This document shows positions 49,101 through 60,601 of a DNA stretch of 64,000 nt, piece by piece. The notes below the pieces were generated by a model. It was given only the letters and a program-made list of their open reading frames with translations, was not told where the DNA came from and did no database searches. Numbering within the stretch: position 1 is the stretch's first letter; every line of letters begins with the position of its first letter. The position numbers and the translations under genes are program-made. Source of the stretch: Oikopleura dioica (Eukaryota > Animalia > Chordata); NCBI GenBank assembly GCA_907165135.1, contig OU015568.1, forward strand, positions 16,007,208-16,071,207. The letters are read 5' to 3'.

Positions 49101-51269
49101 ATGCTTAAAAGGCTCACCTGTTCTATTTCCTTTTTTGGTGGTGCCGACCGGGCTGGCGCCAGCGCTACCTGCCGCGCCCGTTTTTGTTAAAAACGGCGCC
49201 ACCATCACCACCAGTGACACCACTCCCCATGGTGTCAAACTTGGCGGCCAAAACACACTACTTCCGGATTCGTAATAAACGCGCTGATCGTAACAATCAC
49301 AAACGCAACCACGCTTTATCGTAGAAACAAATTATTACGTGTCGCATCGCGCGTCTCAAGGCGCAAGAGTTCTGTTCCAAAGGCTCACGTAAAAATGAAA
49401 AATGATCGTAACTCAGTGGGGCTAGAAAAAAGAGCGTAAACTCGTATCTCACTTTTGTCACTACTACCACGACATGAATATTGAATAGGAGCTGCTTTGT
49501 TACTTCTAAGGCAGCAATCGGCCATATCTTTGTCGGCACGGGCAACCGCAGCTCTGACCGGAAGTGGTCTCTCGAAACGAAAATCCAAAAAGCCGATCGC
49601 GAAACTGTATCGCGTATAATGTGCGCGAAGGGGCGCCGTCCCGACGTCGCAACACTCTGGACAGAAGTGGAACCTTAGCCCCATGCGATCACACTTTTTT
49701 CTATTGTATTACAGTACAACGCGTCTTTATCTGTCCGGCTTCGATTAAAGTGGCCGTCAATTTTCATGCCCAGAAATTTTGATCAGTTAAGACACCCGAC
49801 TAGACGCCGTTTAGGCGGTGTAACCTTAACAAACCCAATCATTACACGCCATATTTACATGCCAACATTTCAATTCAATCTTCTAACACATATCTTTAGA
49901 CAATCCTCAACTCGATGCACAAGTATCAGCCTCGCTTTCACATCGTCAGATGCAACGACCTGAGCCGAATCCACATGACAACCTTCCGAACGTACATTTT
50001 CAAGGAGACCCAATTCATCGCCGTGACTGCCTACCAGAATGAAAAGATCACACAACTCAAGATTGACCACAACCCTTTTGCGAAAGGTTTTCGCGATGCG
50101 GGAGCAGGAAAACGTGAAAAGAGGTAATTCATTGCGAAATAATTACATTTTCTAACTCTTTTTTCAGACGCCTCCCGCTTGATTCAACTGGATCAGAGCA
50201 GTCGAATGGTTCCGATTCTCCACCAGCCAAGGCTCATTGCGGGCCAGACAGGGCAGTGATGACGACTCAGGCAGTCTCACCCAGTTCAGCTGCTGCCGGT
50301 CTCGGATTACTCAACAATCCTCACCACATGTTCCCTCACATGATGCACCATTCGCATCCATTGATGCCACATGCTCCTGTTCCGCATTATCCGCCAGCAT
50401 CGTGGGCCAATTTGACAACACCTACATCATTGCCAACGTTACCAATCCCAACAAAATCGACGAGCCCGTCTCAAATCGTCCCGTCAGTTTCATTGCCTAA
50501 ACCAGAAAGTCCAAAGCCTACTTCTGTCGAGGAAGAAAAGGTCGAGCCAGAAAACGATGACAGCACCGTGCCAAGAGCAGAGAGTGGAGACGAGGCTGTA
50601 AAAACCGAGGCGGAAGAGAGAAAAGATGTTAAAACTGAGTCTCCAGCAGCGACGCCGACCCCCGTTGAAATCAAGGAGGAAGAGGCGGACAAAGAAAGCA
50701 AACGAAGCTCGTCCCGTGTGCCATCCCCAGTGGTGGCTACCACACCCCAGCCAGTTGTCTCGACGCCATTGGTTCATCCAGCTCTTCATGGTATTAGCTC
50801 GTTGCTGAACAATGGGCTTGGGCACACAGCTTCCGTCCTTCAACAACAAATTCTTGCCGCGCAAACTCAACTCGCGCAGCAACACCAAGCCGCCCAAGCG
50901 CAGATCGCTCAACTTCAATCCGCACTCGCCTTGGCCCAGCAGAGTTCTCTTCTGCAAAACAACCTGCTCAACCAAATTCCAGCGAGCATTTCCGGACCAA
51001 ACGCAGCGGCCCAGGCGCAGGCAGCGTCAATCCTCGCCACTGCACAAGCCCAAGCACTTCAACAGAAACAGGCTCAAGCACAAACTGCCCTCCAAAATCC
51101 GCTGCTGACGTCGCTAGGATTGGCCGGTCTCGCGAAGCCGACGCCACCGCCCGCCCAAGTCGCGGCTGAGAAGATTTACCGAGACGCTATGGTCAGTAGA
51201 GGTCTTCAACTGCCTAACCCCGACGTTCTGAAACAACTCTCTCTGCTCAGGCAGCAGCAGCAACAATAA
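46179..51269 (+). CDS. TBX2/3: T-box transcription factor Tbx2/3, 6 exons
   Basis: [106 protein letters not shown]...KREKR; Ala/Gln-rich C-terminus. Confidence 0.93.
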
Positions 51270-51350
51270 CCACAATGCAGTGTTCAAATATTATTTTATC
51301 TTGCTCAGAATAAATGTATTATTAAATCATTCACTACATTTTTCTTCGCC

Positions 51351-52143
51351 TCAGTACGGCAGAAATCTCACTTGACGCGCTTTTGCTACAATTTCTTCGA
51401 TCTTCGGATCTTGCATCAATCTCTCCACGACTTTGACCCCAGTTGGACTGAAAGCTTATGGAAAATTCTAGCGAAGGAGGAAACTTACCAGTTCTCCTTG
51501 AAATATCCATGTACGTTAACTCTTGGATCATCAACAAAGATCCACAAGTTGAGAAGCATAAGATCTGCCACTGATCGTTTACCGCCGATGACCATGTCGG
51601 TCACATGAGCATATTTGAGGATTTTCTCGATTTGAATGAATGCTTCCACTGCTCCAGCTTTTACGGCCTTGTAAAACACTCGTCCTTGTTCAGTCAAATC
51701 TTCAAAAAAAAGTCAAATCTTTTTACAGAACCGGAAATAACCAACCGTCCTGGTCAACAGCTGCTTTAGCTACATAGCCCGGTTTGAGCATTTTCATCCA
51801 AGCCTCTTCGATACTTTCATAGACCATGTCCGCCTTGAGACTTTCGACGCCCTTGAGCTTCTTGAACGTCGTCTGCTTCAGGCAAAAAGCGATAATTGCC
51901 TTCGTCTGAGAAAATGACACGCCGTCAACTTTCAAGACTGGAAGCTGGCCAAGAGGAAACTCGTCTTTCTGCGACGCGAACTTCTCCGAGCGCCATTCCA
52001 ACCGGGTGTCTTCGAACTCAATTCTGAATCGATTTCAGTTCGTCGAAGAACATCTGCGCGTCTTACCCACTAAGCTCTAGAAGAGTCCGAATGACGAAAA
52101 CTCGACCGTGGCAGGAAAAGTAGATAAGCTCTATTTTGGCCAT
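51351..52143 (-). CDS. Glutathione S-transferase (sigma/alpha-like cytosolic GST), 4 exons
   Basis: LIYFSCHGR (catalytic Tyr position), IEFEDTR, FPLGQLPVLKVDG, SQTKAI and VIGGKRSVADL. Confidence 0.88.
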
Positions 52144-52820
52144 TTCACACAGAAATCTCTCGTTTTTTTTTTATTTTTGTTTGAGAAAGACAAATCCGAC
52201 CAATTGGCTACTGGCAGTAATGTTTTATGCAAAATTTTATATCAGCCTTTTCAAATCGGTTAATAAAAAGCGTCTGATGGAGGTGTTGATGAAAATTGCT
52301 TTGATTGGCTACGCTTCTGTGAGAAAATAGTTAATTTTAGGTTTCTTTATTTCATATTTTTTTAAAAGAGAAATCAGTAAAAATTGGTATAATTATTCTG
52401 TCAATAACTCTTGTTCCGTATTTTTCTACTGCGATACTTTTCACACTCCAAAATTATGACTTCTTTGAATTATGATAGCTTTTTCTCATTTTTTATCCCC
52501 TTTTTATCTCAAATTTCGCTGTCCAGAACCCTGTGCGTTGGGCCATTTGACGAGCTTGTCGAACTTGGCATCGCGCTCGTTAGTGTAGTACCCGATGTGT
52601 GTTATTCACACTCCTTCATCGCTCAATTTGTGTGTTTGCTGCTTCTGCCGCTGCTTGCGCGTTTGCCAAGCCTGCAATGATCGACTGCGCCCTGCTCACT
52701 CAAGCGCTACTGTATCTTCTCTCTTCCTCAAAGAAAAAGATTCAAAGTCGCTGTTCTCGTTGTTTGATTTTCAACGAGTTCGCTTAATTCTTCGATTTCT
52801 CTTCAGATTTTCTCCGTCGC

Positions 52821-52870
52821 GAAGCCGCTTGCGGCTTCGAAATAAGTGAAAAAAGCCGCGCGCGGGTTTT
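52821..52870. repeat. TIR-less relic of the MITE core
   Basis: gaagccgcttgcggcttcg...aaaagccgcgcgcggg matches the paired palindromic core of copy 3. Confidence 0.5.
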
Positions 52871-52979
52871 CTTTTATTCATAACATGGATTTTTCATGGA
52901 AAAATTAAAAATTTTCATTAATTATTCTTTCGAATTTTTAGCGAAGAAACCAACCATTATCGATGTTACTAACTGCTTT

Positions 52980-53483
52980 GGCGGCATTTCAGTGTGTGCT
53001 ATGGCGTCGTTGCGCGTGTGTTGCGACTGGATCGTTGAACGTGCCGTGTGCTGTGAAGTGGAGTGGAGTGTTGTCAGTCGCGAGGGTCAGTCGCCGAGCG
53101 TCGCGGGCCGCCCACTCGCGTGCGCCCTGTGTGTGCTGCCGTTGCGTTGCTAACCCCACTAGCGCTGGCTTCTCCTTCGCCTTCGCTAGTTGTGTGTGTG
53201 TGCGCGGGTTAGCGCCGTCGCCGTTGCCGTGGAGTGATTCGCCCCTCTCGTGCGCTGCGGCCTCCGACGGTGTGAATGGCTGCGCAGCTGCCGCCGCTGC
53301 CCTCCGCGCTCACCAGTGCGCCAAAGGGCACGAAGCGAACCAGATCTGCGCAGAGCGAGGAGAGACCTACAACAAAGCCCACTCAACCCAGGGAAACAAC
53401 GCGAAGGAATAAAAGCAACGCGCAGCCACACACACGCGCGCGCGCCGAGCCAGAGGAAAGAGAGAAATATCGAGAATTAGTAG
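52980..53483 (+). promoter_or_regulatory. CpG- and GT/CA-rich low-complexity promoter/5'UTR of the HTH-array gene
   Basis: (GT)n, (CA)n, (CG)n and GA tracts ending in a strong donor AG/GTGAGT at about 53483; the matching acceptor TTCAG at about 53697 lies just before the ATG at 53714. Confidence 0.45.
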
Positions 53484-53713
53484 GTGAGTGAGCTTCCTGC
53501 TTTTTCACCCGTATCGCCCCAGATTTTGCGTTTTTCCTCCGATTGTGATCAATTTTGATCAATCGCGTTTCTTATTCGAGAAAAATGAAGCCGCTGTCTT
53601 CTCTCTAGAATTATAACAGCGGAGATTATCCCTTTCAGATCGCTGATTTTCCTTAGAATTTCCCTTTTTGATCGAGAAAAACTTGATTTTCTTCAGATTG
53701 AATCGCGTCTAAA

Positions 53714-56594
53714 ATGGAAATCAAAGACACTGATGATGGCGTGAAAACAGAGTCTCACGAAGAGGAAGAGTCGATGGAGCTGATCGAAGAAGATGAGGAC
53801 GAGTTATTCAGAGAAGAAGAAGAAGATGACGACACGCCGTTGTTTAAAATAGTCGATGAATACACATCTGGCGCGGTCACTATTGACGAGCTCGCCGAGA
53901 CATATGAGCGCGACGTAAAATCGATTTTCGAGCTGCTTTCTGGGGCTAATCTTCCTGAGGACTACTCCACGAGAAAAGAGGGCAACTGCAAGGTGTTCCC
54001 TCTTGAGAAGCAGCGCATTCTCGTCTTTCAAGGAATGGATAAATACTCACATGAAATAGGAATTTAAATTTGAAGCCATAAAACACGATACTCTCTGAAG
54101 CTACGAGCCTGACAGATATACACGTCGCCGCGCTCCTCGTCTGTTGATAGATGGGCGCATGCTCTTAGCTTGTGTGTTAGCTTCGAGCGTATTTATCCAC
54201 GATCAGTTTTGAAATGTTGGTTCGACGGGGAAACGGCGCATCGCTATTTGGATACGAAGATGATATTGGCCCGGGCTGTGGAGATACGCGATGCACTCAA
54301 GCTTCGCCTTCTTCCGATCTCGGAAGGGACAATCCGTGGTTTTCTCGACGTCTACAACATTCGTCTCTCGGAGCAGACAAAGTTGCCGGACAAATCAGCG
54401 GGCAAACATGTCCTCGAATCCGCCGTAATCGAGTGGTACAAGGTCGAGTCCGAGAAACGCGTCATCTCCAGTCAAAACATCATGGACAAAGCCTACGAAA
54501 TAATCGAAGAAAAGGGCCTCAATTACACCGTGACGAAATCGCTGCTATCTACGCTTTCCAAGAAGCACGGTATCAAGCTTTCGGAGCAGCCAAGGTTGAA
54601 TAATTACGCCTCTGTGAAAGATAAGGTGGCCGAGTGGTACCGCACCGCCTCCAAAACGAAGCTCATCTCACACCAGAGAATCGTCGAAAAAGCGAGAGAA
54701 GTGGCGAAAGAACTCGGCGTTGACAGAAGTTTCAACAAGTACTGGGCGGCTAACTTTTGCAAATCGTACGGCTTCGAGTTCAACGACCAGAGCATGGCGG
54801 TGAAAGGAAAAGAATTGCGCTCGAAGCTCAAGGAATGGTACGAAGAGACATCAATGACAGAAGTTGTCACCTACAATACTTTGATGGATGCAGCGAAAAT
54901 GATAAACAAAGAGCTGGAAGCCGAGGTCGATATTACAAAAGGCTGGGTGAGCAGTTTCGTCAAGATCAACGATATTCGCCTCTCAGAGCAAGACTCACTC
55001 AAGGTAACGCGAAAAGAAACGCGAATCAATCACGAATTAACTGTTCTGTTTGTAGAGTGTGCCGAAAGTCTACGAGAGATTAAACGATTGGTACGAAATT
55101 GAATCGCAATTCCGTGAACTTGGAGCGAAAGAGATCCAAGAGCGAGTTCTCTTCCTTGCCGACAAGTATGGCCTCGCGAGAGATCGAGTTCACGATCACT
55201 TTGTCGCCGGCTGGCAGCGCAAATTCAACATTAATCTTCTCCAGTCTCCTGCTAAAATAAATCGAATCAGAGAGCGCGACGCATTTGATGTCGAAATCGA
55301 AGAGTGGTTCAATAAAGAAATTATTCATCGTATGGTATCTACCGCGGAAGTCAAGAAGTTCGGCGAGCAGCTGATTGCTGAGGGAAAGTATCAGGACAGT
55401 TTGGTCAAGGTAAGCATCAACTCATCCTTCGTTAGTTCAAGAATTTCGTCTAGGATAAATTCTGGCATGAGCAACTGTTCAAAAGACGAGGTATCTCCAT
55501 CGCGTCACAGCCGCATTACACGCGCAAAACGCCGTCAAAGCGAAAGGCAGAGCCCATGTCACCCAAAAAGGAAATCGATAATAGCGGCTACTCAAACTCA
55601 CCACCCAAGTTGGATGCGATCGCCACTGTAACTGACTATAATGACGAGCCGGAGGATCTTTCAATGCCAAAGACAAAGATTCAAAAGTTGCTCAAAGAAG
55701 AGAGTATTCATTCCTCGTCGTCGCCGTTTTCAATGTCGCCAAGCTCTTCCCCTTCCGTCACTTCACGAGTTTCCACGCCGCCCATGTCCGGCAATCCGCC
55801 ATGGATGGACGAAGTCTGGGAATGGTACTCGACGGAGACGAAGAAGCGAATTCTCGTCCGCTCCGATGTCCACAACAAAGGAGTCAGCCTCAACATTGGC
55901 ACCGAAATTTCCAAGTCTTGGGTCAAGGTAATCGTTCTTCTTTCTCGTTTGGTTTCTTACTTTTTCTCTTTCAGAACTGGTGTCGAAAGTACAAGGTGAA
56001 TTTCTTGGACCAGCAAGTCTTCCAGGACATCGCGATTATCGAACAGAAAGCGCTCGATTGGCTTCTCAAGAGCGAAAGACCAACTCTCGGGCGCGACGAT
56101 GGAACGGGAATTGAAGATATCTTGCGAAAGGGTGAGTTTCAGCTTGTCAATTAGCTCTTTATAATATATTGATTGTAAAATGATCGTTTTCAGGAGCAGC
56201 AGAGCGTGGCATCTCCGACGATTTTATTACCAAAAAGTACTTGGAGCGGTTGATCAAGCGAAAGAGCGTTACCAAACCTAAAGCCTTCATGCAGAAGAAG
56301 TTCGGCACGATGACGCCCGAGGATGAGGATGAATCGGCATCCTTTAGCAACTTCTTCTCGCAGAACTTCACTAGTTCGGGTTTTACAGATATCACCGAAA
56401 CGGTCGAGCACAAGCCCGCAGAGATCACACCTGTCAAAGAAAATGTCAAATTGGAAAAGGAAGAAAATGGAATGGATCAGCAGTCGATGTTCGTGATGCC
56501 AATGGACGTCGACGAAGTAAATGAACTTGAGTCTGACAAGAAAGAAGGGTCTACTTCGAAGGATTCGGAACTAAGGAACGTTAGAGACGATTGA
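53714..56594 (+). CDS. CENP-B/pogo(Tigger)-like DNA-binding protein: psq-type HTH followed by 7-8 tandem Tc5/CENP-B-type HTH units, no DDE domain
   Basis: Repeating ~57-aa unit with a W[YF]...I...A..I...G.....[SK]..W...F.K...I.L pattern; N-terminal IVDEYTSGAVTIDELAETYERDVKSIFELL; phase-compatible GT-AG introns from about 55005 onward. The first coding junction and the last exon (possibly to 56788) are unresolved. Confidence 0.75.
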
Positions 56595-56953
56595 TTTTGA
56601 ATTGATAGGAAATGTGTCTGATGATTAGACTCTGATTGGTAAGTGGGAAAGCTCGCTCTAACGCTCAAAAGTCCTACTATACTGAAAGATGTATTGGAAA
56701 CTGTAAAGAGCTCAGGTGTCAACCTAACCGAGGAGCAATTGCTGAATTTCATTCGAAACGGAGGACTACAAACTGAAGTTAATTAATTCTAAATTTAATG
56801 CTGGCTATTTGTACAGTTATCTTCAAACACAATAAATTGTACATTTAATATCCTGTCTCTCTCAATTTTCTAGAGCACGTTTGCCTTTCGAACTTGTTTA
56901 TTTCATAAAAATCAGTTGAAAACTCGTGAATTTTTAAGAGTTCGAACTTCAGC

Positions 56954-57800
56954 ATGACAGAAAGACAAATCCGAACTTGTGCAGATGAAGCATGCCAAAA
57001 TGAAAGAACGGAAATGAAAAGTATCATTGAATCGGGAGAATATCTGCAGCGCATTTTTCACTTCTCTGAGTATGAAAAGGCGATCGAGTGCGTTAGGAAA
57101 GTGTGAAAAATAAGAGCTTCATTTTTATAAAGCTGATTTATTTATTCGCATAAAAGAGTGCTCGAGAACGAGAATAAATTCTTCCTTCAACGATTCGAAG
57201 AAGAAAAGAAAAAGCATAAGGAGGAGGTGCAAAAGTGTGTTGCTCAAGTAAAGTTGTCCGAAGAAAATCGAGAGGCCGAGAAGAAACGATACAAGAAGAA
57301 AATCGCGTCGTTGCAAGAAGAGTTGAAGAAGTTTCAAGAGACTGCCCAAAAGAATGTTGTTCCAGTCCCCGCCTTGGAGGAGAATGAAGGGGATGAGAAC
57401 GAGAATGAATACGAAGAAGACGAGCAAGATCCAGAAGAAGATAATGAAGACTTCTATTGTGCCGCCACGACTTCAGCAGCCATTCCACTTGTAGCAGGTT
57501 TCAGGGAAGGTTCTATTGAACTCTCTACTAGAGTTTGTTTTCGCCAAATGTAATTTCTTCGAAAATAAAACCTTTGAAAGTCGGGAACGAGATGGAGGGC
57601 CATGCATTCACAGCGACGATGGACAGCACCCAGACTTCGAATTCAGTGATGACGCTGACTTTGACTCAGACGAATGGGAGGAGGATCCAAACTCGAAGCC
57701 CAAGATCGTCATGCGTCGACGAACTGCCGATAGCAAGAAAAACACGCCAAGGCGAAGAAAAACAAGAAAAATTAAAATCCATCGTGCTGTTTTTTATTTT
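56954..57800 (+). CDS. Orphan coiled-coil protein A; 3' end uncertain
   Basis: TTCAG-C-ATG start; MTERQIRTCADEACQNE...KAIE/VLENENKF...REAEKKRYKKKIASLQEELKK, then an acidic tract. Confidence 0.55.
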
Positions 57801-57959
57801 CTCACTCTCTTATTATTTTTGCTGCTAAAGTGGTCAAGGAAGCCGCTTGTATCCCGTCTGCACATTTTCACTACGACTAGCATTTATAGTATAAATTTTA
57901 TACAAGTCAAAATAAACTCAACAAAATCGCCGATTCCTTCAGTCCCTAATTTTCAGCAA

Positions 57960-58563
57960 ATGTCGGAGACTACTGAAAATGTCGATCAAGCAAGTGACAT
58001 CTGCGACAATCCAGCTTGCCAAAGAGAACTTGCCGATTACAAGAAGAAATTCTACGAGGAGCCAAATTACGAAAAGCTGATTTACGGATTCAGCAAGATG
58101 GAAGATATCATTTCTTACATTACGCAAGTTCGAAAATAATTAGATCGCTAATCATTATGAAAGTATTGAGTTTTTTTCGAACTTTTAAAAGTCGCCTTCA
58201 AGAACGAAACAAGGAAATTCAGCAAAAGACGGAGCTTTTCAAGAGCATCGCGGACGACAGAATCGCAGATCTGAAAGAAATGCTCTCCGAGGCAGAAGAA
58301 GAACGAGCGGCGAGAAAACGCCAGTATAAGAAAAGAATCGAAGGCCTCGAGTTAATGCTTCAAGGAAAAGTCGGCGAGGCTAGGAAGATCAGAAACTCCC
58401 TCGACAAAGGAAGAGCTTGAACATTTTACTATGAATATTTATTGATTACCATCAATCGTTTTGCAGCTCCTCTCTAGAAAAGAAAGAAAAACAGGAGGCA
58501 AAGAAAGTCCCCAAGAAGGCTGAGCGCGTCTCCTCCCGAATCAACAAAAACCAAACTGCTTAG
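57960..58563 (+). CDS. Orphan coiled-coil protein B (paralog of A); last junction uncertain
   Basis: TTTCAG-CAA-ATG start; MSETTENVDQASDICDNPACQRE..., then ...ERAARKRQYKKRIEGLELML. Confidence 0.6.
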
Positions 58564-58685
58564 ACGCTGTTTTACCCAATGCCCTCATTTACTGCCTGGC
58601 ACAGTTAACTAATAAAGTTCAAAAAGAAGATTTCAGCGAAAAATATTTATGTGACAACATGTGCATTTCTGTATTTTCAAACAGG

Positions 58686-60601
58686 CTAGGTACAGACGCC
58701 GTATGTTACATTTCTTTTCCGCACGTCCCAGGATATCGGTTCGTCCTTGTTCCACGAGAACTTCATATTATGCTTGAACTTTTCGACTATCTGCACTTCT
58801 TTGAAATTATTGTTGCAGCAGATCGCGGTACACTAGGACTGACATCGAAATCTAACCCCTCAAAATGAAGACTACCTTTCCGAGATTCTTTTTTCGTTGA
58901 TTTCTTCTATATCTGCCCTTTTTATGGCGTGATTTTTTCTTTGAAGATTTTTCAATTGTCGTTCTTTTTGAGGTTTTCTTCTTGTCCCTTGGAAGCTTGC
59001 AGAGTCTTCCGCGGTTTTGATTGAGTAATGATACAGAACTAGCGCCTCCATTAGCCGAACTGAAACTTTTTCTCGCGGAAATTCTTGATTGTCCTCTTAC
59101 CAGATGTCTAACGGCAACATGTAGACAAGTATCCTGTCGGGTATACTTTTGATATCTGGCTGGGGCCCATTCATGTTCACGGTTATTTTCTGTAGTGAAG
59201 GTTTTTCTTTGTATTTGGAGTAGAGATTTGATGCTATTTTGCTGAAGTCTTCTATGCTTTTTACACAATATTTCCACGTACAGCTCCCTGACGGACCCAT
59301 ACATCTGCAGCTTTCGCGTCTGAAAGTTGGTCTAACCTGAAGTCATGAGGATTTAAACTTGCCTTGATCTGAAGACAAGTCGTTCGCCAACTTTTTGATT
59401 TTTGCGAGCGAGAGTATAGTCGAGTGAAGAATCAGTCCTTATTTGGAATGCTTCTGCTCGTTGCTTCGCGTATTCCACGCATTTATCGATACAGTTTGTC
59501 GAAGCCACTGTATCTTCGTGGATGTAAAAGTCCTAATAAAATTTGTGAAGTCGAGATAAAGTTTAAGCTATTGAATCACTCAAGGGTACACCTCCCCCTC
59601 GTTCAAGCCTCGTTATTTCTAGTATTTACTAACTGACACGGATAGTAAATCAGCGTCAGATTCCAACACTACGGAAGGTCACCTCCTGTAAATATCGTAA
59701 ATCGCGAATTTCTAATAACGCCATTGATTTATTTCGGGGCGAATTCCGGTTGGAATCATGGAGGACTGCTCAATCATAAAGCATTACCACGTACCTTATA
59801 ATAGTTTTTTGATGTTTTTCTTTGGCATCCATGAACGACGTTGATTTGTCCTTTGATGCAAGCTTTTGTTATTTCATAAGTGATTCCTGCTGCAATCATT
59901 GCATTAGCAAACGCGGTTTCTGGATAACCTAAAATGAAATTGTAAGAAACCGAAGTTTTCTATTAACGCGACATTTCCGGATAGATAGCGTAAGCCGGAA
60001 GTGTTTCCTTGTATTTGACGGAAACGATGGCATAGAAAAGTTACTCTATTCATCGCACAATGAACAAGTTGTGAGTTTAGCAGTGATTATAGAATCAAAT
60101 GGGACAAAGGACATTCCCGCTGGTCTGGTCACCGACCGAAAACTCACTCTTTGACATGATTGAAGTCCAGTCGTGGTTTTTCAGCGTCTTCTGCGCTTGC
60201 TCGATAAGCCCAGTACAGTTCCATGTGTTTTTGATAAGCAGCCTTTTACACTCTTCCTCGGCTCTTCTCAATCCGATCAGGGAGTACTTGAACGCCGCTG
60301 GATGGTGGAAGCAGTCCTGGCGTTGAGCATTTGTCAGTTTGTCGAGCTCCTGCTGATGATAGCAAATCTCCTTTTCAATCGTCCTCGACATTTTTTGTCC
60401 GACAACTGATGTGACCATCAGCGTCAAAAGTAATCGCCAGATTGTAATTCTGAAAAGACAGATCGAAAAAATTTTGACCTCGAAGACATAATCCGGACGG
60501 TCGTGGGGAGCATTACTGTTACTGACTGTCAGAATCGGATTAACTTGCAATAGCAGTTTTTCACATAATGAACTAACGATTGACTGGGGCCATGCTTTCA
60601 C
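58686..60601 (-). CDS. WNT: Highly divergent Wnt ligand; start codon uncertain
   Basis: EECKRLLIKNTWNCT, ETAFANAMIAAGITYEITKAC, C...VEYA...F, NQKVGERLV, CRCMGPSGSCTWKYC...FSKIASNLYSKY, DIC...GRLC and CTAICC: all Wnt landmarks, in order. Subfamily not assignable by eye. Confidence 0.88.

Larger units (their letters stand above)
40400..49700. promoter_or_regulatory. Probable cis-regulatory landscape of Tbx2/3 (upstream DNA and large introns)
   Basis: Largely non-coding and CpG-rich. Nine exact CCGGAAGT/ACTTCCGG sites and 13 GGCGCC sites counted by eye, plus many GATAA/TTATC and CACCAC motifs. Confidence 0.55.

Noticed and set aside
48781-49899. 1.1-kb intron at the position of the vertebrate TBX3 +2a alternative exon
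   Set aside because: No frame-preserving exon with credible splice sites found by eye; content looks enhancer-like.
52963-53491. Ala/Cys/Arg-rich ORFs on both strands
   Set aside because: Low-complexity GT/CA/CG tracts; better explained as promoter and 5'UTR.
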